From a virus (lineage: Duplodnaviria > Caudoviricetes): 55,434 nt of DNA. The DNA lies in IMG/VR virus record IMGVR_UViG_3300025769_000146, positions 1 to 55,434 of that record. One strand, written 5' to 3'. The first letter of the stretch is position 1, and each line of letters opens with the position of its first letter. The position numbers were made by a program, and so were the translations under genes. Positions 19,183 to 26,442 of the stretch are shown here, in pieces. The notes beneath the pieces are model-generated. The model made no database searches. It saw only the letters and a program-made list of their open reading frames with translations, and was not told the origin of the DNA.

Positions 19183-19926
19183 ATGACTCACGAAGCACTC
19201 CTGCTTCGCATCCGCAAGCTCCGCGATCACGCGGACAGTGCGGCGGCTATCGGCAACGAGCATGAGGCTGCTGCGTTCGCGGCCAAGGTTAGCGAACTCC
19301 TGGCGCAGCACCGTCTGACCGCAACCGACATCGACTTCTCTCGTTATGAGCAAGAGGATGTCCAAGCGGAACAGGTGGACACCCGCGACATGGGTGTCGG
19401 TGGCGCAAGGAAGAGCACCCCTTGGGTGTCCCAACTGGCAAGCACTCTGGCGAGCCATCATGGATGCCGGATGTACTACACCAGTGGAACGAGCCGCATC
19501 ACCATTGTCGGCAAGGAATCAGATCGCGCTGTCGCGACCTACCTTCTCTCGCGCTTGGTGGCTGACCTCGACCGACTGTCGCGAAAAGCACTCAAGCAGT
19601 ACAAGGCTGAGTACGAATACGCGCCTCGTTACTGGCGTCGGTCTTGGCTAGAGGGTGCCGTCGATGGCATCCGTCGCCAGCTTCGTGACGCTAGGGTTAA
19701 GCGTGAACAGCAGTACGCCGGGAACACGACGGCCCTTGTGCGACTCGCCACCGGAACTGAAGCGGCTGACGCATGGATCAACGACAACGTCAGGCTTCGG
19801 TCTGCCACACCTCGCTACGCCAACACGCATAGCGGAGCATACTCAAGCGGACGCTCGCACGGGGCGGCGATGAACCTCAACGCAAACGGTTTGGGTCAGA
19901 GCCGGTCGAATGGAGCACTGAGATGA
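19183..19926 (+). CDS. DUF2786-domain protein
   Basis: LLRIRKLRDHA...NEHEAAAFAAKVSELLAQHRL N-terminus; RRSWLEG and AYSSGRSHG C-terminal motifs. Confidence 0.85.
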   Translation: MTHEALLLRIRKLRDHADSAAAIGNEHEAAAFAAKVSELLAQHRLTATDIDFSRYEQEDVQAEQVDTRDMGVGGARKSTPWVSQLASTLASHHGCRMYYTSGTSRITIVGKESDRAVATYLLSRLVADLDRLSRKALKQYKAEYEYAPRYWRRSWLEGAVDGIRRQLRDARVKREQQYAGNTTALVRLATGTEAADAWINDNVRLRSATPRYANTHSGAYSSGRSHGAAMNLNANGLGQSRSNGALR

Positions 19927-20234
19927 GCAAGGTGACGAGGTCAACGAAAGACGCGCTCACACGGCTGGCGGCACTCATGCCAGAGTTTGTGGTCGAGCCG
20001 ACAGGGGAGCGTGGGCGGGTCATGTTTGGGACAGCCCATGACCCGTGGGGTCTAGGGCTCGTATCCAAGCGGTACACCGACGCACTTGGCTTGATGGCAG
20101 AGGTGGCTCGCGGTCGCGATAACGCTGACGACATTCGTCTGGCAGTCAGGTGGGGTGGCAAGTCCCCAACTGGTCTGCCCTCACACTACGAGGTCGCTTT
20201 CGAGTGGCTCGGCAATTGGGAGGATGGAGCATGA
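19923..20234 (+). CDS. Hypothetical protein
   Basis: Coupled ORF (ATGA overlaps). Confidence 0.6.
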   Translation: MSKVTRSTKDALTRLAALMPEFVVEPTGERGRVMFGTAHDPWGLGLVSKRYTDALGLMAEVARGRDNADDIRLAVRWGGKSPTGLPSHYEVAFEWLGNWEDGA

Positions 20235-21280
20235 TTAATGAAATTCTGGCTCGACTAGACAACGCCCACGACCGTGGTGCCGTGATCGCATCGTTTGCCG
20301 GAATGACGTTGCGCGACATCGCAGCCGCCCAGCCGGAGGATGTCTTGGACGGCTGGAGCCCACCAAGCTCCTACGATCATGGCCGCGCCTTGAGTGTTGA
20401 TGAGTCGATCGATCTGTTGAGCCTCGCGGACTCTCGTCGTGATTACGCCATCCTCTACCTCGCCACTGTGATGGGGCTACGGCAGATTGAGATTCGCCGA
20501 CTCACCTGGAGTGATGTTCTCGACAACGACTCTTTGCGGGTTGTGGGCAAGGGTGGGAAGAGGCGCACTGTTCCTGTCGGCATGAGTGCCCTCGAGTTGC
20601 TCCCAGAGCGCGGCGATAGTCCGTTTGTCTTCACCTCATACAGGGGCGGTTCGATCAGTGAGTCGGGTATGAGGCTCATTATTTCGAACTACCTAGAGCG
20701 TGTCACAGACACCTCGACGCCCCACGCGCTACGCCACACCTCTTTGACGGCGATGCTTGATCAAGGTGCCGACATCCGTACAGCCATGGAGCTTGCTGGT
20801 CACTCCTCCGTGTCGTCGCATGAAGTGTATGCGGCTACGTCCTCTTCATGGATCGTTCGCGAATGGGTCGAGCGTCACCCGCTTGGTGAGGTTCCGTGCG
20901 TGACCGTTCGCATCCCCGGTACGCCGTTCAAAGGCAAGATGGCTCGGGGGGTGGAGAGGGCCGTGCTGGTGCCATCACGATACGCAGATGATGTACGAGC
21001 AGCTTTGGCCTACTTTGGGAACGCCAAACAAATGACGAATCGTGCTCGCAAGATCGGTGTGCGTTTCCAAGAGATTCGTGATGCCGGTGCTATTGGCATG
21101 GTCGAGGCAGACGCGCACCCATTCCTTATTGCCATGTGCATGGGTACGACCCCAGGTAACGTGATCCGTCGCCGATTTGACCGCATGACTTCAGATGCAA
21201 ACAATGCGCGAGTTGATGCCGTCGCTAGTGTGCGTCAGATGTTCACAACAAACAGATTCATAGAGGTGGCAGCAACATGA
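20231..21280 (+). CDS. Tyrosine recombinase (Xer-like catalytic domain) with degenerate recombinase-like flanks
   Basis: Complete catalytic set: GLR, GKGGK, HALRH, GHSS, EVY. No recognisable N-terminal core-binding domain. Confidence 0.88.
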   Translation: MINEILARLDNAHDRGAVIASFAGMTLRDIAAAQPEDVLDGWSPPSSYDHGRALSVDESIDLLSLADSRRDYAILYLATVMGLRQIEIRRLTWSDVLDNDSLRVVGKGGKRRTVPVGMSALELLPERGDSPFVFTSYRGGSISESGMRLIISNYLERVTDTSTPHALRHTSLTAMLDQGADIRTAMELAGHSSVSSHEVYAATSSSWIVREWVERHPLGEVPCVTVRIPGTPFKGKMARGVERAVLVPSRYADDVRAALAYFGNAKQMTNRARKIGVRFQEIRDAGAIGMVEADAHPFLIAMCMGTTPGNVIRRRFDRMTSDANNARVDAVASVRQMFTTNRFIEVAAT

Positions 21281-21414
21281 TCACAACCATCTGGAGTGCG
21301 ACGGTCTTAGCCGTCTACACTTATGCCGTCTGGCGACACGGCTGGAGGAGGGGACGCCGGACAACGCTGGCGCGGCTCAGTGGTCGAACGCTTCGGAACT
21401 GGTGGGAACGATGA
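21277..21414 (+). CDS. Small TM/basic protein (45 aa)
   Basis: GAGGTGG RBS, ATGA overlap; MITTIWSATVLAVYTYAVWRHGWRRGRR. Confidence 0.5.
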   Translation: MITTIWSATVLAVYTYAVWRHGWRRGRRTTLARLSGRTLRNWWER

Positions 21415-21589
21415 AGATGGTCTTGACCGCTGTGCCGATCACGTTCGCGGAAGCGTCAGGAGACGCCCATGACTGACTGCGAACACTGCGTTTGATTGAC
21501 CAGAAAGGGGGAGGTAATATCACCCTCAAGTGTCGGTCGCGTACTGCGCCACAGAACACGGGTATCCTCGTAACCCCTTCCGACGCCTA

Positions 21590-21632
21590 GCCCCTCCGAC
21601 CTTCCATATCGCCCCTTCCTGGTCGGAGGGGC
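21590..21632. terminator. Hairpin between convergent transcription units
   Basis: 12-bp perfect stem GCCCCTCCGACC / GGTCGGAGGGGC. Confidence 0.6.
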
Positions 21633-21640
21633 GCTGTCGT

Positions 21641-22111
21641 TTAGGGTGCTAGACGGAGTTCCGTGATCGGCAGCAACTGATGTTGCGGAACGAAGTACGC
21701 CGGGGATCTGACATCCTCTCGCCAGAAGTTCTTGTTCTTGCCGACATCTGTGTGGATATAGCCACGGACCCTCAAGTTCCAGTGGTCACCCGTCACAAGA
21801 GCGGAGTATGGAGCATCGTCGTGGGGGTAGATGATCAGCGACCCGTTATCGCGTTCAGTCCAGCGGACACTGATCCCGCCGCTGACATCTTCTGAGGATG
21901 GGTCGGGCACCAACCCATTAGACAGCCACTCGCGTCCTGTTGCCTCTGTGACCAACCACTCTGCGGCGGCAGACATCCCATCGACATACCTCTGACGATC
22001 GGTCGAGGGTTTCCACCCGTATCGGTGGGTGCCACCACGCGCTCTGGCGGCTTCCGATCTTCTTAGTCCGACTTTGTAGGCTGCGATCAAGCCTTCAAGA
22101 TTGTCGGGCAT
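21641..22111 (-). CDS. Hypothetical phage protein (possible PD-(D/E)XK-like fold)
   Basis: GMSAAAEWLV...D...ISVRWT...AYFVPQHQL pattern. Confidence 0.55.
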   Translation of the reverse strand: MPDNLEGLIAAYKVGLRRSEAARARGGTHRYGWKPSTDRQRYVDGMSAAAEWLVTEATGREWLSNGLVPDPSSEDVSGGISVRWTERDNGSLIIYPHDDAPYSALVTGDHWNLRVRGYIHTDVGKNKNFWREDVRSPAYFVPQHQLLPITELRLAP

Positions 22112-22117
22112 CAAAAT

Positions 22118-22885
22118 TCAGACCATGCAGAAACCGGAATCACAACCACCAAAAAGATCCAAGTTGTCATGGTCGAGTACGGCATCCTGAAGAGACACCC
22201 GACTCTTGTGCAGGAACAAAAGCCCATCTCTCTCGTCCTTATCCTGAATCTCTTTTTCGAGTTCTATGGCTTTCTGCCACTCCTCGGGGTAGTTGTCCCG
22301 AATGTGTCTCCATTCTTCATTGGATCGATACGGGCACATCCAACACGCTGACCTGGGCGGGGTAGGCAACCCAGACAGTTGCACCAGGTTAATACACTCA
22401 TCTCTTCGGCGTGGCACATCTAAAAGCAAAGGCCAGTGATAGTGCAGCCAGGGAATCCCACTAGGCTTCGCACGATGAACCTCATCGACAGAGATTCCTA
22501 ACCACATTCTTGCTGGATTCTTTTTGCCATAGCCTTGATCTTTTGCCCACCGACTAATCACACGTTTCTTCCACTCGTTACTACAGAAGCCAGGCAGGGC
22601 ACCAGATTCCCCAGTGAATGCAGGGATCAAGAGATCACCATTGAGCGCGTAGAGGTCTACTGTTGCGTAATCGTGTGACGCAATCTCGACCTCAAGGCCA
22701 ACGGGTTCCAGTAACGGGTTCACCACATCGCGCGTGTAATCCCATGTCTCCTGGGCCTCGCGCCCTGTGTCTGCGATCACCACCCTATCGGGACGAGGTA
22801 ACTCGCCCCTAGCAACCAACACGGCGATTGCTACTGATTGAGTGCCGCCTCCGTAGGACCAAATGATCGGCAGTTCGTCGCTCAT
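22118..22885 (-). CDS. PAPS-reductase-like (adenine nucleotide alpha hydrolase) Fe-S protein
   Basis: SYGGGTQS PP-loop, ADTGRE, CSNEWK, GISVDE, SACWMCPY and C-terminal CDSGFC. Confidence 0.82.
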   Translation of the reverse strand: MSDELPIIWSYGGGTQSVAIAVLVARGELPRPDRVVIADTGREAQETWDYTRDVVNPLLEPVGLEVEIASHDYATVDLYALNGDLLIPAFTGESGALPGFCSNEWKKRVISRWAKDQGYGKKNPARMWLGISVDEVHRAKPSGIPWLHYHWPLLLDVPRRRDECINLVQLSGLPTPPRSACWMCPYRSNEEWRHIRDNYPEEWQKAIELEKEIQDKDERDGLLFLHKSRVSLQDAVLDHDNLDLFGGCDSGFCMV

Positions 22886-23032
22886 TTCTCGTTGTCGTCC
22901 TCTTCCATCTCCTCAAGTCGAATCGATGTCGGCTTGGGTAGGATGGTCGTCTTACTCGACCCACCCCACCATTGAAGGACGACGACAGCGACCAGGAACA
23001 CAATGACTGTCACGGCGAAGGCTCCAAAATTC

Positions 23033-23242
23033 TCAGGCATTAAGTTCCTCCAAGCCCTGTTCGATGACCTCGTTAATCATCCTTAAGTTCCGAAACTCAC
23101 GGTATTCACTGCCGTATTTCCAAGGCTTCTCCAGAAATGTCAACATCCCCTGTTCGGAGTCGAACCAGCCGTGGAGGTAGAGGTGTCGCATAAAGGCGCG
23201 TAACTCTTTCGCGTCATCCCAGAAGGGTTGATGGCTGCTCAT
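23033..23242 (-). CDS. Hypothetical protein
   Basis: Coupled ORF with RBS. Confidence 0.6.
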   Translation of the reverse strand: MSSHQPFWDDAKELRAFMRHLYLHGWFDSEQGMLTFLEKPWKYGSEYREFRNLRMINEVIEQGLEELNA

Positions 23243-23466
23243 TTCATCGTCTCCACACGGGCCATATTAGGCGCATCTTTCGGGGTTGGATAACGCATAG
23301 TGCCGGAAGAGTCCCGACCTGGCATCGTCCCCTTGCCGGATGAAATGGCGACAAGTTTGCGCCACCTCTTGGCGATCTTTTCTGGGCTCATGGGTTTCGT
23401 GGACCGACCGCGTTCCTTCGCGACACCAAGCCAGCCGGTGTGTTTTCTTTTCCCCATCTCAATCAC
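23239..23466 (-). CDS. Small basic hypothetical protein
   Basis: Coupled ORF. Confidence 0.5.
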   Translation of the reverse strand: MIEMGKRKHTGWLGVAKERGRSTKPMSPEKIAKRWRKLVAISSGKGTMPGRDSSGTMRYPTPKDAPNMARVETMK

Positions 23467-23478
23467 TCTTTGTGAAGG

Positions 23479-23967
23479 TCAACTGAGTGCTCGGACAGCG
23501 TCAGCAAACGACATCCGTTTCGCCGCCATCCACAACTTTATCACATCGCCACCTTCGGCGCACACGAAACAGTACCAAAGGTTCTTGCCTGGCGTGATGT
23601 CTGTGGAGGGTCGAGAATCTTCGTGAAGCGGACACAGAGCCGTAACTCTATTCCCGCGTCTAATGGGACGACACCCAAGCTCCTCTAGGGCATCTACAAT
23701 TGGGTAAGATCGTGCTCGAGCGATTTGATCATCGGTGATTGAGGTTTGTAATCCCTGAGTTCTGGTGGGAGGCTTCGGGATCACGCCCGTGCAGCGGATA
23801 CAAGTACACCCAGGCACTGCTTCATAGGGCTTCAGGGGTTCCCCTCGCCGGAAGGCTTCTGCGATCTCCCACCAAAGATGACTACCCTCACGAAGACCGC
23901 CACTAGACCAACTGAGGACGATTTCGTCCAAGTCGATCTCACCCTTCTGCATGGTACTGGTCTTCAA
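23479..23967 (-). CDS. CHC2 zinc-finger protein (DnaG-type Zn-binding domain without TOPRIM)
   Basis: CPLHEDSRPS...WYCFVCAEGGDVI, plus an upstream CTCIRC. Start uncertain. Confidence 0.8.
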   Translation of the reverse strand: MKTSTMQKGEIDLDEIVLSWSSGGLREGSHLWWEIAEAFRRGEPLKPYEAVPGCTCIRCTGVIPKPPTRTQGLQTSITDDQIARARSYPIVDALEELGCRPIRRGNRVTALCPLHEDSRPSTDITPGKNLWYCFVCAEGGDVIKLWMAAKRMSFADAVRALS

Positions 23968-24124
23968 GGTCGGCCAGTTCTATAGAGAGGCTTTCATGCC
24001 ACCGCTCTAGCAAGGCGATGCGTTTGGCAATCGAAAGCCGTCGATACTCCTGACCACGCAGGACGGTAGGGCCGTTCTTATTCACGGCAAGCTCAACCAG
24101 GGTTCGCTGTTCACTGGTTGACAT
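23939..24124 (-). CDS. Hypothetical protein, possibly the frameshifted N-terminus of the CHC2 protein
   Basis: GAGGGG RBS; overlaps the next ORF in a different frame. Confidence 0.5.
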   Translation of the reverse strand: MSTSEQRTLVELAVNKNGPTVLRGQEYRRLSIAKRIALLERWHESLSIELADLEDQYHAEG

Positions 24125-24160
24125 CAGCCCCTCACTTGTTTTTGAAGAGAATCGCCATCA

Positions 24161-24239
24161 TGGAGGTGCTGGGAGTCGAACCCAGGTCCGGTCAGTGCCG
24201 CTAACGGCCTTACTAACCGTCGAAACCGTTACCACCCCC
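24161..24239 (-). ncRNA. ssrA: Minimal tmRNA-like RNA: tRNA-like domain only, no tag reading frame
   Basis: Minus strand reads GGGGGUG GUAACGGUUUCGA CGGUUAGU AAG GCCG UUAG CGGC ACUGACCG GAC CUGGG UUCGACU CCCAG CACCUCC A. This gives a 7-bp acceptor stem with G3:U70, a 13-nt tmRNA D-loop analogue ending GGxUUCGA, 8-bp helix 2a, GAC linker, T arm and discriminator A. CCA is not encoded. Confidence 0.85.
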
Positions 24240-24377
24240 CATGCGCCGGATGTGGGCTCAAATGCGCGCAGGAGCCATGACCTCCCTTTGCTACACCATC
24301 TCGCCCAACATCCGACTTCCCTAAGCCCGTTTCACTGGGTGCGCGCGGGCACCCTCCACGAACAAAGAGCATTGGAC

Positions 24378-24539
24378 TTACTCGTTGGTTGGCCCACCAA
24401 GAATGGAGAGGCTCACAAGCACACCACCGAAGAAGACTCCGACAGCCCACAGGTGATGTTGACCAAAATTGATCAACGAAACACCCAGCACACTTGTGAA
24501 CGCCATGACCACTCCAACTGATAGACGTTCGTCTACCAC
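24378..24539 (-). CDS. Small two-TM membrane protein (53 aa)
   Basis: Read by hand: GTG start overlapping the ssb end; MVDERLSVGVVMAFTSVLGVSLINFGQHHLWAVGVFFGGVLVSLSILGGPTNE. Confidence 0.5.
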   Translation of the reverse strand: MVDERLSVGVVMAFTSVLGVSLINFGQHHLWAVGVFFGGVLVSLSILGGPTNE

Positions 24540-24889
24540 GGGAGGTCGTCTTTCGGGTCAGCGGTAGGTGAGGGAGCGGCCTCACCATCGACGGCGCGGC
24601 GACCAAGGAACTCGACCTGGTTCACGATGACATCGGTCCAGTATCTGCCCTGCTCATCCTTTCGGATTTCGATACGACCGTTAATGCCGATCTTGTCGCC
24701 TTTCTTGACGTATTGAGCGATCAGTTCGCCCTTCTGGCCCCATGCTTTGCACCGGAACCAGTTGGTCAGCGTCTCACCTTTGAACTTACGGTTCTCGGCA
24801 ACACTGAACTCTACCAGCTTCGACCCAGAGTCAAATGTCCTGACTTCTGGATCGCCACCGACATTGCCAATTACGGTGAAGATGTTCAT
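24533..24889 (-). CDS. ssb: Single-stranded DNA-binding protein
   Basis: IGNVGGDPEVR, WFRCKAWG, KKGDKIGINGRI and acidic tail DDLPW. Confidence 0.95.
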   Translation of the reverse strand: MNIFTVIGNVGGDPEVRTFDSGSKLVEFSVAENRKFKGETLTNWFRCKAWGQKGELIAQYVKKGDKIGINGRIEIRKDEQGRYWTDVIVNQVEFLGRRAVDGEAAPSPTADPKDDLPW

Positions 24890-25122
24890 TACAAGTCCCC
24901 CTTGGCGGGTTCCTGCCTGAGATAACCCCAGGCTGTTTCGATGACGTGTCCGTGATTGAGTTGCTGATATAGGTAGTCAGCCATGGCGTCCCCATAACGA
25001 TCCACGATCAGCGTTCTGACCTCCGCTGGGTCCAACTGTATCCAACGGGTTTTTCGCCACTTCTCAGGATTTGACCCCTGAGTTTTGGGAACCATCTGAT
25101 ACCGCACAGCGCCCCTACTCAC
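24889..25122 (-). CDS. Hypothetical protein
   Basis: Coupled to ssb (TAATG). Confidence 0.55.
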   Translation of the reverse strand: MSRGAVRYQMVPKTQGSNPEKWRKTRWIQLDPAEVRTLIVDRYGDAMADYLYQQLNHGHVIETAWGYLRQEPAKGDL

Positions 25123-25132
25123 TAAGACACGA

Positions 25133-25153
25133 CCTCAAGGGGTATCCTTGAGG
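25133..25153. other. Intergenic hairpin / palindrome
   Basis: CCTCAAGG-GGTAT-CCTTGAGG, perfect 8-bp stem. Confidence 0.45.
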
Positions 25154-25162
25154 CTCATTAGG

Positions 25163-26053
25163 TTATTTGTGGGGCGTTTCGCTCGCAAGAGCATGGGTAA
25201 TAATCCGGTGGCCGATCCACTCGGCTACCTGTGGGACAACTGCATTACCTAGAGATCTAAGGCTGTCCACCCGACCGGGAACCCCATCAGCCACTCTACC
25301 CACCGGGGGTTCAATGCTCCACCAACCACCCGATTCCCCTTCTCCGTTTCTTCTAGGGTCGCGTCTCCCGAAAGAATCACCGCGTCCGTCAGCGTCCGAC
25401 CGTCGTTGTGCTGACTTCCAGGCTTCCTCACCGACGTAGCATTCCTCGCACCCTGAGCATCTTTTGCCACAGGAGTCGGCCAAAGATTGTGGCGAGCCAT
25501 TGATTGAAGACTGTGACGGATCGGCCCAACCCGTCCCGCCGACCCCCCTCTGTTGTTGCCATACGAACTCGCACTCGGTGTAGGCAACAATGAACATTCT
25601 CCATCGGAGATGCGGCGCACCAAAGGCGGAAGCTGGTACACAGAACCATTCCGCATCGTACCCCATTTCGGCCAAGGATGAGAGAACTTGGTCAAGCCCT
25701 CGAGTAGTGAGTACTGGGACGTTCTCCACGACAACGTAGCGGGGTCGTAGTTCGCGAATGACTCGGGCAAATTCAAACCACAGCCCAGATCTCGCTCCTG
25801 CCAGGCCCATCCCATTTGGCGCGGCTGTTGAGATGTCTTGGCAGGGGAATCCTCCGCAGATGACATCACATTCCTCCAGGTTATGAGCACCGACCTCTTC
25901 AACGAAAATGTGTTGAGGAATGTGAGGCCAGTGTTTGTGAAGAACATCACGGCAGAATTGGTCTTTTTCAACTTGCCAGATGACACTAAACCCAGCGCGT
26001 TCTAGCCCTAAATCTATCCCACCAATACCAGCGAACAGGCTTCCGACCTTCAT
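25163..26053 (-). CDS. dcm: C5 cytosine DNA methyltransferase, alpha chain (motifs I-VIII and X)
   Basis: FAGIGG, GFPCQ, ENV, HLRWRMF and LGNAVVP; ATG at 26053 overlaps the upstream stop. Confidence 0.92.
   Translation of the reverse strand: MKVGSLFAGIGGIDLGLERAGFSVIWQVEKDQFCRDVLHKHWPHIPQHIFVEEVGAHNLEECDVICGGFPCQDISTAAPNGMGLAGARSGLWFEFARVIRELRPRYVVVENVPVLTTRGLDQVLSSLAEMGYDAEWFCVPASAFGAPHLRWRMFIVAYTECEFVWQQQRGVGGTGWADPSQSSINGSPQSLADSCGKRCSGCEECYVGEEAWKSAQRRSDADGRGDSFGRRDPRRNGEGESGGWWSIEPPVGRVADGVPGRVDSLRSLGNAVVPQVAEWIGHRIITHALASETPHK
25249..25986 (-). CDS. Nested alternative-frame ORF: methyltransferase beta chain (motif IX); start uncertain
   Basis: LLPTP and LWPTP repeats and LNPRWVEWLMGFPVGWT, entirely inside the alpha gene in another frame. 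Confidence 0.75.
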   Translation of the reverse strand: MSSGKLKKTNSAVMFFTNTGLTFLNTFSLKRSVLITWRNVMSSAEDSPAKTSQQPRQMGWAWQERDLGCGLNLPESFANYDPATLSWRTSQYSLLEGLTKFSHPWPKWGTMRNGSVYQLPPLVRRISDGECSLLPTPSASSYGNNRGGSAGRVGPIRHSLQSMARHNLWPTPVAKDAQGARNATSVRKPGSQHNDGRTLTDAVILSGDATLEETEKGNRVVGGALNPRWVEWLMGFPVGWTALDL

Positions 26054-26442
26054 CCGTGGATATCGGGGCTCATCCAATGATCATACAACCACACGGCGAC
26101 TAATATCCCCATGACGGCGCGTTGGAAATCATTGGGCACCGGATAGACGCCCACCCACGACACCATGAGCACGATGGCTAACAAGGCGGCATTCCAACCT
26201 CGACCAAAGCGGCGGTGCTGCGAGAACGATCTCTGTAGGTAAGTCATCGTCTCGGAGAGGGTGTCGCGTTCCTGGTTCGGGCCTTTGTAGAACACGCCGG
26301 TTAACTCGACAGCCAAGAAATACACGAACCACATAGCCCACGGAGTTAGCGTTGGGCCTGTCGCAAACAGGTAGATCGTCGCCAACCCCCAGACACCCCA
26401 CAGCACAGAGAACACCGGATGGGGGTTTCTTTGGATTCCCAT
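26050..26442 (-). CDS. Multi-TM membrane protein
   Basis: Four hydrophobic segments; DTLSE motif; coupled to its neighbours. Confidence 0.7.
   Translation of the reverse strand: MGIQRNPHPVFSVLWGVWGLATIYLFATGPTLTPWAMWFVYFLAVELTGVFYKGPNQERDTLSETMTYLQRSFSQHRRFGRGWNAALLAIVLMVSWVGVYPVPNDFQRAVMGILVAVWLYDHWMSPDIHG

Noticed and set aside
20231-21280. Classical lysogeny module (integrase plus CI/Cro)
   Set aside because: The recombinase lacks arm- and core-binding domains, and no repressor or att site could be identified; lifestyle remains unresolved.
24161-24239. Ordinary tRNA-Ala, attP copy of the ssrA 3' end, or permuted two-piece tmRNA
   Set aside because: There is no D stem or 7-nt anticodon loop. 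Both the 5' and 3' tmRNA ends are present and pair, which an attP fragment would not need. The order is 5' end then 3' end, not the permuted order.
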